Assembly (NCBI GenBank): GCA_030648055.1
Contig: JAUSHI010000009.1
Coordinates: 47,722-111,721, forward strand
DNA length: 64,000 nt
Origin: a bacterium
GTDB taxonomy: Bacteria; Patescibacteriota; Minisyncoccia; Sungbacterales; SURF-37
Reading direction: 5' to 3'
Position numbers and translations under genes: made by a program. Shown one piece after another: positions 55,875-64,000 of the stretch (the stretch's first letter is position 1; each line of letters begins with the position of its first letter). The notes beneath the pieces are model-generated. The model was not told where the DNA came from and did no database searches. It saw only the letters and a list, made by a program, of their open reading frames with translations.

Positions 55875-56336
55875 ATGGATACAAAAGAAAAAATAGCGGG
55901 CGATCTGAAAGAGGCCATGAAAAATAAGGAGGAGTTGCGTCTTTCGGTTTTAAGGATGATTTTTTCGGCTCTTCACAATAAAGAAATTGAAAAGCGGGGT
56001 AGGGGCCTGCCCGCGAAGCTTTCCGTGGAAGAAGTAGTCGCTGTATTGAGGACTGAGGTTAAAAAGCGTAAGGACTCCGTAGAAAGTTTTGAAAAAGGAG
56101 GGAGGCAGGAACTTGCCGAAAAAGAGAAGAAAGAGATTAAAATCATTGAGCCGTATTTGCCATCAGAGCTTTCAGATAGCGACTTGGAAAAAATCGTCAG
56201 TGAGGTTGTCGCGGCCGCCGGCGAGGTCACTCAAAAGGATTTTGGCAGGGTTATGGGCGAAGTTATGAAAAAAATTAAAGGCCAAGCATCGGGAGATAGG
56301 GTAAGCGCGCTTGTAAAAAAACACTTGTATAAATAA
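55875..56336 (+). CDS. yqeY: GatB/YqeY domain protein
   Basis: Helical YqeY pattern (IAGDLKEAMKNKEELRLSVLRMI...). The rpsU-yqeY adjacency is conserved. Confidence 0.7.
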   Translation: MDTKEKIAGDLKEAMKNKEELRLSVLRMIFSALHNKEIEKRGRGLPAKLSVEEVVAVLRTEVKKRKDSVESFEKGGRQELAEKEKKEIKIIEPYLPSELSDSDLEKIVSEVVAAAGEVTQKDFGRVMGEVMKKIKGQASGDRVSALVKKHLYK

Positions 56337-56374
56337 AAAAGCGCGGACTTTTGTCCGCGCGAGCGAGAAGTGTG

Positions 56375-56704
56375 TTAACCAATACCGAGAAGTTTGGCGA
56401 GTCCGCCAGCAAAGATGAGGCAAAGTAGAAGCCACGCGCCGTAGGTGAGCCACCCCGCAAGGGGGAAAAAAAGATGGAGCAATGGCCATGAGAACATAAA
56501 GACCAGTTGGTCCATTAGAAGTGTGTGTTCCCTGCAGTTATTTGGGCTTGTAATCGACCATACTATTTGCCAGAAGGTCTGCGGAACTTTGCAGAGAATG
56601 CGGTTGTGCCAATAAGTTCCGAGTGCCCACCCGATATTGAGGTATAGGGCGAGAAAAACAACATAAAGCATGCTGTATACAGGGTGGTTCCTCAAGTATT
56701 TCAT
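56375..56704 (-). CDS. Small integral membrane protein
   Basis: SD ggagg precedes the start and there are 3 predicted TM helices. Function unknown. Confidence 0.4.
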   Translation of the reverse strand: MKYLRNHPVYSMLYVVFLALYLNIGWALGTYWHNRILCKVPQTFWQIVWSITSPNNCREHTLLMDQLVFMFSWPLLHLFFPLAGWLTYGAWLLLCLIFAGGLAKLLGIG

Positions 56705-56750
56705 TCTTACCTCCAGTTAGGGGTTTTTAAAAAGCTGTCAGTGTGTTTCT

Positions 56751-57137
56751 ATGAAACAATTCGTAGCATTTAAAATAAAAGTTGTCAAGCTATTTCCGCG
56801 GACATTTCATAAAAAACTGCCAAAAAAAACCGCAATAATTGCGGTTTCAAAAAAAGAATCAAGCCTGTTTAACTGGCAGTACCGCGGGAAAAAGAAAGCC
56901 ACCAATGTTCTATCGTTTAGATATGGGTCGGATTACGGCGAGATTTTGATTTGCCCAGAGATTATCAGGCGTGAGGCGAAAAAAGCCGGAAATAATTATA
57001 ATTACCAGCTGACATGGATGATTATTCATGGTATGGTGCATTTAGCGGGCCTTCATCATGAAAAGTCGCAGCTTATACAGAAAAAAGTTGAACGGCTTGA
57101 GGAAAATCTCCTTGGAAAAATATTTGGCGCGTCTTAA
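56751..57137 (+). CDS. ybeY: rRNA maturation endoribonuclease YbeY
   Basis: Zinc motif IIHGMVHLAGLHHE (HxxxHxxHLxGxDH-like). Confidence 0.85.
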   Translation: MKQFVAFKIKVVKLFPRTFHKKLPKKTAIIAVSKKESSLFNWQYRGKKKATNVLSFRYGSDYGEILICPEIIRREAKKAGNNYNYQLTWMIIHGMVHLAGLHHEKSQLIQKKVERLEENLLGKIFGAS

Positions 57138-57149
57138 AAGGGTTAATGG

Positions 57150-58388
57150 ATGCCATTTATGAAGAGCGTTTCAATAGGCATTGACGTAGGAACTACTTTA
57201 ATCACTACGGCGGTTATAAAAAGCGACAAAACAGGAAAGCCGCGGCTTTTGGCTTTGGCAAAAACCCCGTCCAGAGGCGTCAGGAAAGGAACCGTTATTG
57301 AACCTTCAGAGCTTGCGCCCGCCATTAAAGTCTCGGTTGCCGAGGCATCTAAGATTTCGGGATTCAGGATAAAGAGCGCTGTTGTGGGTTTTAGCGGCGC
57401 GGGGGTTGCCTCGTCGCTTTCACGCGGGGTTGTTGCGATTTCTCGACCGGATGGCGAGATTACCGGCGAGGATATAAAACGCGTGATGCAGGCCGCGGAA
57501 GCTCTTCATCCTAAAAATCTAAATAGAGAGATTATTCATATGATTCCCCGCGAATATCGGGTTGACCACGAAAGAGGAATTAAAAATCCGATAGGCATGG
57601 CGGGTATGCGGCTTGAGGTTGATGCTTTGATTATTGACGCTCAAAAAACAGCTCTTCAGAATATGGTCAGGGCCTTTGATATGGCTGGGGTTGAGGTGGA
57701 GGACTGGCTTTTCTCGCCGGTCGCGGCCGCGGAGGCGGTTTTGTCTCAAAGGCAGAAAGAATTGGGTGTAATGCTTTTGGATATCGGGGGCGGCACGACG
57801 GATTACGCTATTTTTTCCGAGGGCGAGTTGGTGGACGCCGGATTGATTCCTTTAGGCGGGGAACACATAAGCCACGACATTGCCTTGGGTTTTAAAACCC
57901 ATATTGATGTCGCTGAAGCGGTGAAGTTAAGATACGGGCAGGTGGTTCCAGATGTTTTTTCAAAACGCGACGTTATAACGCTAACCGAGTTTAGCGGGGA
58001 CGATGAGTCGGTTTATTCTCAAAAAGAGCTTGCCGAAATAATTCAGGCGCGGGTTACCGACATTCTTGAACTTGCCCAGAAAGCGCTTCGGCGCGCAGGA
58101 GCTGATAATCGTCTGCCGGGCGGAGTTGTGGTTATTGGAGGTTCAGCTTTGTTTCCCGGGCTTAAGGAATTTGTTAAAAAAGAAATGCGACTCCCTGTGG
58201 AGAGGGGGGTTGTGCAAGCGATTGAACTTCCCGTCTCTCTCGGCGCAGGAATCAATGTTGCCGTTTCACTTGGTCTTGGCCTGTGGCATTTGCGTGAAGG
58301 TGGTGCATCGTCTGGTCGCTATTTTCCGCCGGTTTTTGGCAAAGCGGCATCTGGCCTTAGGTCATGGCTTAAGATGTTCCTTCCTTAG
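57150..58388 (+). CDS. ftsA: Cell division protein FtsA
   Basis: Actin-like ATPase motifs (SIGIDVGTT, LLDIGGGTTD, VIGGSALFPGL). Adjacent to ftsZ. Confidence 0.9.
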   Translation: MPFMKSVSIGIDVGTTLITTAVIKSDKTGKPRLLALAKTPSRGVRKGTVIEPSELAPAIKVSVAEASKISGFRIKSAVVGFSGAGVASSLSRGVVAISRPDGEITGEDIKRVMQAAEALHPKNLNREIIHMIPREYRVDHERGIKNPIGMAGMRLEVDALIIDAQKTALQNMVRAFDMAGVEVEDWLFSPVAAAEAVLSQRQKELGVMLLDIGGGTTDYAIFSEGELVDAGLIPLGGEHISHDIALGFKTHIDVAEAVKLRYGQVVPDVFSKRDVITLTEFSGDDESVYSQKELAEIIQARVTDILELAQKALRRAGADNRLPGGVVVIGGSALFPGLKEFVKKEMRLPVERGVVQAIELPVSLGAGINVAVSLGLGLWHLREGGASSGRYFPPVFGKAASGLRSWLKMFLP

Positions 58389-58499
58389 CAGGAATTATTA
58401 AAACACTAACCCAGATTTTGTAAAGGTTGTCTTTTAAGGACGCAGGCTTATTATAAAAGAGGAGTTCCACATTTTTAAAAATCTATAATTTTTGTAAAC

Positions 58500-59594
58500 A
58501 TGCCTCAAATAAAACCGGAAATTGAAACATTCGCGCGGATTAAAGTGGTCGGAGTTGGTGGCTCCGGCGGATCGGCGATTACTCGTATGATGGAAGCGCG
58601 GGTCCGTGGGGTTGATTTTATCGCCGTTAATTCTGATGCGCAGGCGCTTCACAACAATAAAGCCAGCCACAAGATTCATATCGGGAAGAATTTGACACGG
58701 GGGCTGGGCGCGGGTATGAACCCCGAAGTAGGCCGCCAGGCCGCTGAAGAAAATCGCGATGAATTGCACGAGAGCTTAAAAGGAGCCGACATGATTTTTA
58801 TTACCTGCGGGCTTGGCGGTGGGACCGGTTCCGGGGCCGCACCCATTGTTGCTGAAGTGGCGAAGGAATCCGGCGCCCTTACGGTCGCTGTCGTAACCAA
58901 GCCATTCGGTTTTGAAGGAAGCCAGAGGATGCGCATAGCTGATGAGGCATGGACAAAGTTAAAGGACAAAGTTGACGCTTTAATTACTATTCCAAACGAT
59001 AGAATTTTAAATGTTATTCAAAAAGACACTTCATTGGTTAAAGCTTTTGAGACATGCGATGACGTTTTAAAACACGCGGTGCAGGGCATTTCGGATTTGA
59101 TAATTATGCCAGGTCTTGTCAATGTTGACTTTGCCGATGTGCGGGCAGTGATGCAAGACGCGGGCTCGGCTCTGATGGGTGTCGGCATTGCTACGGGCGA
59201 GACGAGAGCGGTGGACGCGGCAAAGGCCGCGGTGTCCTCGCCCTTGCTTGATCTTTCAATTGACGGCGCGAAGGGTGTGCTCTTTAATGTTTCGGGTGGG
59301 TCGGATATGACTATGTGGGAAATCAACGAGGCGGCGAAAACCATCACCGAATCAGTTGATCGCGACGCGAAACTTATTTTTGGGGCTGTGCATGACGAAC
59401 GCCTTAAGAAGGGTGAAATTAAGATTACGGTTATTGCTACAGGTTTTAATGGTATGGGTAAGACTTCGGACTCAAAGAAACCGGGAGTTTTTGGGACAAC
59501 CCTTGCCAAGAGTGACGTTTCTTCGCGTATTGAGGTTAAAAGTGAGGATGATGAATGGGATTCGGTACCGGCATTCTTGCGAAGGAAAAAGTAA
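58500..59594 (+). CDS. ftsZ: Cell division GTPase FtsZ
   Basis: GVGGSGGSAI and the tubulin signature GGGTGSGAAP. Confidence 0.95.
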   Translation: MPQIKPEIETFARIKVVGVGGSGGSAITRMMEARVRGVDFIAVNSDAQALHNNKASHKIHIGKNLTRGLGAGMNPEVGRQAAEENRDELHESLKGADMIFITCGLGGGTGSGAAPIVAEVAKESGALTVAVVTKPFGFEGSQRMRIADEAWTKLKDKVDALITIPNDRILNVIQKDTSLVKAFETCDDVLKHAVQGISDLIIMPGLVNVDFADVRAVMQDAGSALMGVGIATGETRAVDAAKAAVSSPLLDLSIDGAKGVLFNVSGGSDMTMWEINEAAKTITESVDRDAKLIFGAVHDERLKKGEIKITVIATGFNGMGKTSDSKKPGVFGTTLAKSDVSSRIEVKSEDDEWDSVPAFLRRKK

Positions 59595-59662
59595 CAATTA
59601 TGATGTTTTATAAAAATGCCCATTGTGTGGGTATTTTTTGTTTTCGGCTCGGTTAAATAAAG

Positions 59663-59724
59663 AAGCGGTCAAAATGTTCCAAATAGCAAGCGACCGCTTT
59701 CTATTTGGAACATTTCAAATTTTT
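59663..59724 (+). terminator. Rho-independent terminator with two interleaved inverted repeats
   Basis: aaatgttccaaatag ... ctatttggaacattt (15-bp stems) followed by caaattttt. A second pair, aagcggtc/gaccgctt, is interleaved with it. Confidence 0.55.
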
Positions 59725-59760
59725 GTCGTTAATTTGCCTTTAAAAGTTGTGGTTTTCTGA

Positions 59761-59785
59761 AAAGAAAAAAGCCGCAAGACGCGGC
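59761..59785 (-). terminator. Rho-independent terminator for the minus-strand gene 59785..60687
   Basis: On the minus strand: gccgcg-tcttg-cggc followed by ttttttcttt. Confidence 0.5.
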
Positions 59786-60687
59786 TATTTGTTTATATTT
59801 TTCTGTTTGTTGATAATCTCCTCAAGCTTAATCTCCTCAAGTTGGGTAAGCACGTCCGGAGCAATACGCTCCAAGACCCCTCTTTCTCTCCCGTCTGTGT
59901 AGGCCCGGCTCATGTGATTGGGATAGGTGCGGGCGAATTCAAGAAGATAGCCGGCGAGCGTTATCAAGTCAGCATCTGTTGGTCCTCCTTGTTCCTCCTC
60001 TATCTGGCTGAAAAGTGGACCTCTTATTGCCCATTGAAGAGCTGAAACCACGATACTATTGTCGGGATGGTCCTTTTGTTTTACGGAAAGTTTGGTTAAA
60101 GAGGTTATGATCTTTTTTCCGTAGCGCTGCCAGTGTTCGGTTGTTATGTATGAAAGGCGACCTATATATGAAAGGCGACCGAGGGCGGTGTATCCTTCCC
60201 CGTCCCGATACCAGACACTATCTGGGTCAGTCCAGCCAGCGGATTCCAGCTCTTCTTCAATCTGAGAGAATAACGCATCAGCCACCCGATAGTCATGCGG
60301 CCTTTCCTCCGGCTTCATTAGAAAGAGGACATGGGCAAAAGTTTCAACAAGCATTTTAAGAGCGTAGCCCTTGGTCACGCCTGCCGACTTCATGGCTTCT
60401 GTAATGTTTTGGATACCGCAGTTCTGGAGTGCTACTTCAGGCACGGAAGGCACAATTTCTAGAGGCATGTTGGCCGTCTCGTTCCACGGCGTTTTAGCGT
60501 CCTTTCCACAAACCACAAGCGTGCCATCTTCGGCGAGGACTTTCGCGTAGCCGCCGCCTGATTTCAAGCGCTCGGCGCAGAGCTCTTTTGTCCGCGAAAG
60601 CGAGCGAATTTCATCGGTTGAGGCGAAACTACAAAAAGGAAAGCCAAAAAGCAGTAGCGCGATAAACGCTGGCACGGTTTTTTTCAT
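59785..60687 (-). CDS. Secreted hypothetical protein with internal duplications
   Basis: Signal peptide MKKTVPAFIALLLFGFPFCSFA. The tandem GRLSYI x2 is encoded by a perfect 18-nt tandem repeat (~60148-60183). LFSQIEEE occurs twice. Confidence 0.4.
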   Translation of the reverse strand: MKKTVPAFIALLLFGFPFCSFASTDEIRSLSRTKELCAERLKSGGGYAKVLAEDGTLVVCGKDAKTPWNETANMPLEIVPSVPEVALQNCGIQNITEAMKSAGVTKGYALKMLVETFAHVLFLMKPEERPHDYRVADALFSQIEEELESAGWTDPDSVWYRDGEGYTALGRLSYIGRLSYITTEHWQRYGKKIITSLTKLSVKQKDHPDNSIVVSALQWAIRGPLFSQIEEEQGGPTDADLITLAGYLLEFARTYPNHMSRAYTDGRERGVLERIAPDVLTQLEEIKLEEIINKQKNINK

Positions 60688-60984
60688 AGCTTCTCCTTAT
60701 TAAAGAGCAATTCCCCTTCATTATGTGTTGCAATTTTTATGCTTTTTGTCAAGCAATCTTATAACTTATCCACAAGAAATTTGATTGCGTTTTTTTTGGT
60801 GATAAGATTAAGACAACGGAAGCGTTTGAGGGAAAAAAGTTTTTAACAATCTGATATTCAATCAAAATGTTCAGGGAATTTTTACAAAAGGCCTTAAGCA
60901 TTTGCCGCATCAAGAAAATGGCGGGGTATCGCCATGTACCGAGGTGCGGATTTTTATTCGTTTGTTCGCGAGGCGTAGCCGAGC

Positions 60985-61166
60985 GATTACAAACGAATAA
61001 CCCAGCCCTCTATGCTGATTGATTGCGTAAATGCAATAATTTATGAAGAAAAAACTTGTAAAGAGTAATAAACGAAATTCGGGCGGCTTAGAGGGCTGGG
61101 TGCTCAATGTTGTAGCTAAATTCTTTCGCTCGCATTGGGCTCGCTCATAATTTAGACATCATTGGC
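60985..61166 (+). mobile_element. Family B MITE-like element, copy V, with a tail ending at the ATG of the RNR gene
   Basis: CCCAGCCCTCTAtgctg ... cttAGAGGGCTGGGtgctcaatgttgtagctaaatt + ctttcgctcgcattgggctcgctcataatttagacatcattggcATG. Confidence 0.7.
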
Positions 61167-63470
61167 ATGCCTCCAAAAATCACAATCCCATTTAAAACAG
61201 TTAGGAAGCGCGACGGCAGGATCGTGCCTTTTGACCAATCTCGTATTACAAGCGCGATTTACCGCGCCATGGGGGCCTCTTCCGAGGGTGATCTTCAGCG
61301 CGACCCGACGAGAGTTTCCGAGAGAGTTCTACGTGAACTCATAAGAAAATTTCCGGCTGGATATACTCCGGGCATTGAAGAAATTCAGGACGCGGCCGAA
61401 GAGGCGCTCATTCTTATGGATTTCCCCAAAACCGCCAAGCATTATATTTTGTACCGCTCAAAGCGGGCCGAAATTCGCGATCAGATGAAGTTGGTTCCCG
61501 AGCGCGTTAAGGATCTTGCCCGTGAAAGCAAGAAATATTTCAGGAATACCCTTTCCGAGTTTATTTATTACCGTACTTATTCGCGGTGGATTGATGAAGA
61601 GAACCGCCGGGAAACATGGATAGAGACCGTTGAGCGCTATGTCGCTTTTATGAAAGAGAACCTCGGCAATAAGTTGGACGAGGATGAATATATAGAAATC
61701 AAAAACGCTATTTTCCATCAAGAGGTCATGCCTTCAATGCGCCTGATGTGGAGCGCGGGGTCCGCGGCGCGAAAGACCAACGTCTGCGCTTACAACTGCG
61801 CGTATATTGCTCCGTCTAAAATTGAAGATTTCGCTGAAATTATGTATCTCTTGATGTGCGGAACTGGCGTTGGTTTTTCTATTGAGTCGCAGACCGTTCA
61901 GCAGCTTCCCATAATCAAACGCCAGAGTGGCAAGAAATTAAAAGATTATGTCATTGAAGACAGCAAAGAGGGCTGGGGTAACTCCTTAACACTCGGTCTT
62001 AAGACATGGTTCGGGGGCAAGGATGTAAAATTTGATTTTTCAAAATTGCGACCGGCTGGCGCGCGCCTTAAGACAATGGGCGGAAGAAGTTCCGGGCCGG
62101 AGCCGTTAAAAGCACTTTTAGAGTTTGCCAGAGTGAAAATACTTACCGCGGAAGGTAGGCGTCTTACTAACATTAATGTCCATGATATTATCTGCAAAAT
62201 CGGCGAGGTCGTGGTTATGGGCGGAGTAAGAAGATCCGCGCTTATTTCTCTTTCCGACCTTGATGACAATGAAATGCGCCTTGCTAAAACAGGCAAGTTT
62301 TATCTTACAAATCCGCAGAGAATGATGGCTAATAATTCCGCAGTTTATAATGTGAAGCCTACGACAACAAAGTTTCTTGAGGAATGGCTGGCCTTGGCGG
62401 AAAGCGGTACCGGCGAGCGCGGGATTTTTAACCGAGGTGGCCTTGAAAAGCAACTGCCGGCTCGTAGATGGAAAGTGTTCGGAAAACATGTATCCACCGC
62501 GGGTATAAACCCGTGCGGCGAAATAGTTCTTCGTTCAAAGCAGTTTTGCAATCTTACAGAGGTGGTCGCGCGCCACGAGGATACTGAGGCGACACTTTTG
62601 AAAAAAATCCGTCTGGCGACGATTATTGGCACTTATCAGTCGTTGTTGACCAACTTTCAATATATATCCAAGGAGTGGAAGAAAAACTGCGAAGAAGAGC
62701 GTTTGCTCGGCGTTTCCGTTACCGGTCAATGGGATTCGCCTGCGGTCCGGCATTCGGCAACTTTGAAAAAACTTAGAGACAAAGCGATAGCCGTAAACAA
62801 AGAATATGCGAAACGGTTTGGTATGAACGAATCAACATGCATCACCTGCGTTAAGCCCTCGGGAACGGTTTCCCAATTAGTAGATGCTTCTTCTGGAATG
62901 CATCCGCGCCATGCGCGCTATTATATTCGCCGCATCCGCATTTCGGCGACTGATCCATTGTTCCATATGATGAAAGAACAGAAATTTCCTTATCAGTCGG
63001 AAGTGGGCCAGCTTGAAAGTTCAGCCACAACTTATGTTTTGGAGTTTCCAGTTGAGGCCCCGAAGGGGGCGGTATTTAGGAACGATCTTACTGCGCTTGA
63101 ACAGCTTCAGTACTGGAAAATGGTTAAAGAAAATTATACCGAGCACAATCCTTCGGTTACGGTCTCGGTGGGGGATGACGAATGGATTGAAACCGCTAAC
63201 TGGTTGTATAAAGAATGGGAAATGCTTGGCGGTCTTTCGTTTTTGCCGAGAACCGAGCATGTTTATCAATTAGCACCTTACGAGGAAATAAACGAAGAGC
63301 AATACAAAGAGCTTTTGGCTAAAATGCCGCAGATTGATTTTTCGCATATTGTTGCCTATGAAGAAGAAGACCAGACAAGTGGCGCTAAAGAGCTTGCTTG
63401 CGTCAGCGGGGTTTGTGAGATTGATTCCGAAGAAGAGTTGTCTTCAATTAAAGTGTTTCTGCCATCCTGA
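61167..63470 (+). CDS. Class II (adenosylcobalamin-dependent) ribonucleoside-triphosphate reductase, monomeric RTPR-like
   Basis: 767 aa. Thiyl-radical loop NPCGEIVL, and a C-terminal redox pair CVSGVC (C-x4-C) as in the L. leichmannii-type RTPR. Confidence 0.7.
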   Translation: MPPKITIPFKTVRKRDGRIVPFDQSRITSAIYRAMGASSEGDLQRDPTRVSERVLRELIRKFPAGYTPGIEEIQDAAEEALILMDFPKTAKHYILYRSKRAEIRDQMKLVPERVKDLARESKKYFRNTLSEFIYYRTYSRWIDEENRRETWIETVERYVAFMKENLGNKLDEDEYIEIKNAIFHQEVMPSMRLMWSAGSAARKTNVCAYNCAYIAPSKIEDFAEIMYLLMCGTGVGFSIESQTVQQLPIIKRQSGKKLKDYVIEDSKEGWGNSLTLGLKTWFGGKDVKFDFSKLRPAGARLKTMGGRSSGPEPLKALLEFARVKILTAEGRRLTNINVHDIICKIGEVVVMGGVRRSALISLSDLDDNEMRLAKTGKFYLTNPQRMMANNSAVYNVKPTTTKFLEEWLALAESGTGERGIFNRGGLEKQLPARRWKVFGKHVSTAGINPCGEIVLRSKQFCNLTEVVARHEDTEATLLKKIRLATIIGTYQSLLTNFQYISKEWKKNCEEERLLGVSVTGQWDSPAVRHSATLKKLRDKAIAVNKEYAKRFGMNESTCITCVKPSGTVSQLVDASSGMHPRHARYYIRRIRISATDPLFHMMKEQKFPYQSEVGQLESSATTYVLEFPVEAPKGAVFRNDLTALEQLQYWKMVKENYTEHNPSVTVSVGDDEWIETANWLYKEWEMLGGLSFLPRTEHVYQLAPYEEINEEQYKELLAKMPQIDFSHIVAYEEEDQTSGAKELACVSGVCEIDSEEELSSIKVFLPS

Positions 63471-63585
63471 TGTTTCTTTGCAGTCCGCTCCTTTTGGGGC
63501 GGTTTTTTTAAATTACATTTTTTGACAAAAAAGAGGGATCATTATATTCATAAGTACGAGGAGATTTTTTAGAAGGAGAGGCGAG

Positions 63586-64000
63586 ATGCTTAGAAGCAGA
63601 GTTTTCCGTTTTCTCCGAAGACATGGTTTGCCCACGCAACCGGAAATGTGGCTTATTATGGTTTTTGTGTGCGTTCTTGGAGGAGCATTTAGCGCATACG
63701 TCACATCGGATGCATTTCGCTTTGCAAGCGTGGAAGTTTTAGCGCGTCAGCACCTTTTCAACACAACCGGGAAAGATGTTCCGGTCTCGGTCACTGGAGG
63801 AAATCTCAAGGACGGTTTCACGTTCTCCATTCTCTATAAAAAAGTAGAACAAGATGGAACCGTTTCGCGCCGCGGGGTGTTCTCCGGAACGGCATGGCCG
63901 AATAATGGCCGCGTTGAAGGGCGAACTAAGGAGCAGGTTTTGCTCCGTGGCGACCGCGGACATCACAGCGTTTCCACAACGCCGGAGGGCGTGGTCGAGA
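63586..64000 (+). CDS. Partial ORF (5' part) running off the window end; hypothetical membrane protein, GC-rich
   Basis: The ATG at 63586 opens a frame with a TM segment (MWLIMVFVCVLGGAFSAY) that is still open at 64000. GC is higher than neighbouring genes. Confidence 0.3.
   Translation, partial: MLRSRVFRFLRRHGLPTQPEMWLIMVFVCVLGGAFSAYVTSDAFRFASVEVLARQHLFNTTGKDVPVSVTGGNLKDGFTFSILYKKVEQDGTVSRRGVFSGTAWPNNGRVEGRTKEQVLLRGDRGHHSVSTTPEGVVE

Overview
This is a gene-dense bacterial window of roughly 45% GC that reads as ordinary chromosome rather than a phage or plasmid island. It encodes one-carbon metabolism (glyA, folD), nucleotide salvage (dcd, a deoxynucleoside kinase, a class II B12-type ribonucleotide reductase), parAB, rel, topA-dprA, pth, lepB, hisS, rpsU, yqeY, ybeY, ftsA-ftsZ and one tRNA-Leu(CAA). 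The short proteins with lineage-specific insertions, the minimal Mfd and the B12-dependent RNR are reminiscent of a reduced Patescibacteria/CPR-like genome, but that placement is inference. Several things stand out beyond housekeeping. (1) A locus of about 13 kb (10.5-23.6 kb) looks like glycan or small-molecule tailoring: a SnoaL-like protein, a dimerisation-domain O-methyltransferase and two further methyltransferase-fold proteins, two paralogous PaaK/CapK-like adenylate-forming enzymes, a stand-alone TPP-dependent E1 alpha/beta pair, an SDR, a DegT aminotransferase, two GT2 glycosyltransferases (one split at an A7 tract) and a NAD-dependent epimerase. (2) A MoxR-DUF58-BatD-like-VWA-TPR-VWA operon (Bat/aerotolerance-like) is followed by an HtrA protease. 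(3) A candidate cell-surface module consists of a large membrane protein, two TPR membrane proteins and a Pro/Gly-rich Ig-like protein, downstream of a perfectly tandem-duplicated 44-bp promoter-like repeat. (4) There are at least three families of small repeats with inverted-repeat ends. Family B is a MITE-like element with about 35-bp terminal inverted repeats in 5 copies between 48 and 61 kb; three copies carry a tail that ends exactly at the ATG of the next gene. Family A is about 250 bp in 2 inverted copies, each immediately 3' of a gene. Family C and the CCSGGTAGTGAAA motif appear in 6 or more intergenic sites. Three genes (an EamA-like transporter, a HAD hydrolase and a GT2) each carry a single-nucleotide frameshift, two of them in homopolymer tracts. 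No CRISPR array, rRNA or obvious prophage was seen.
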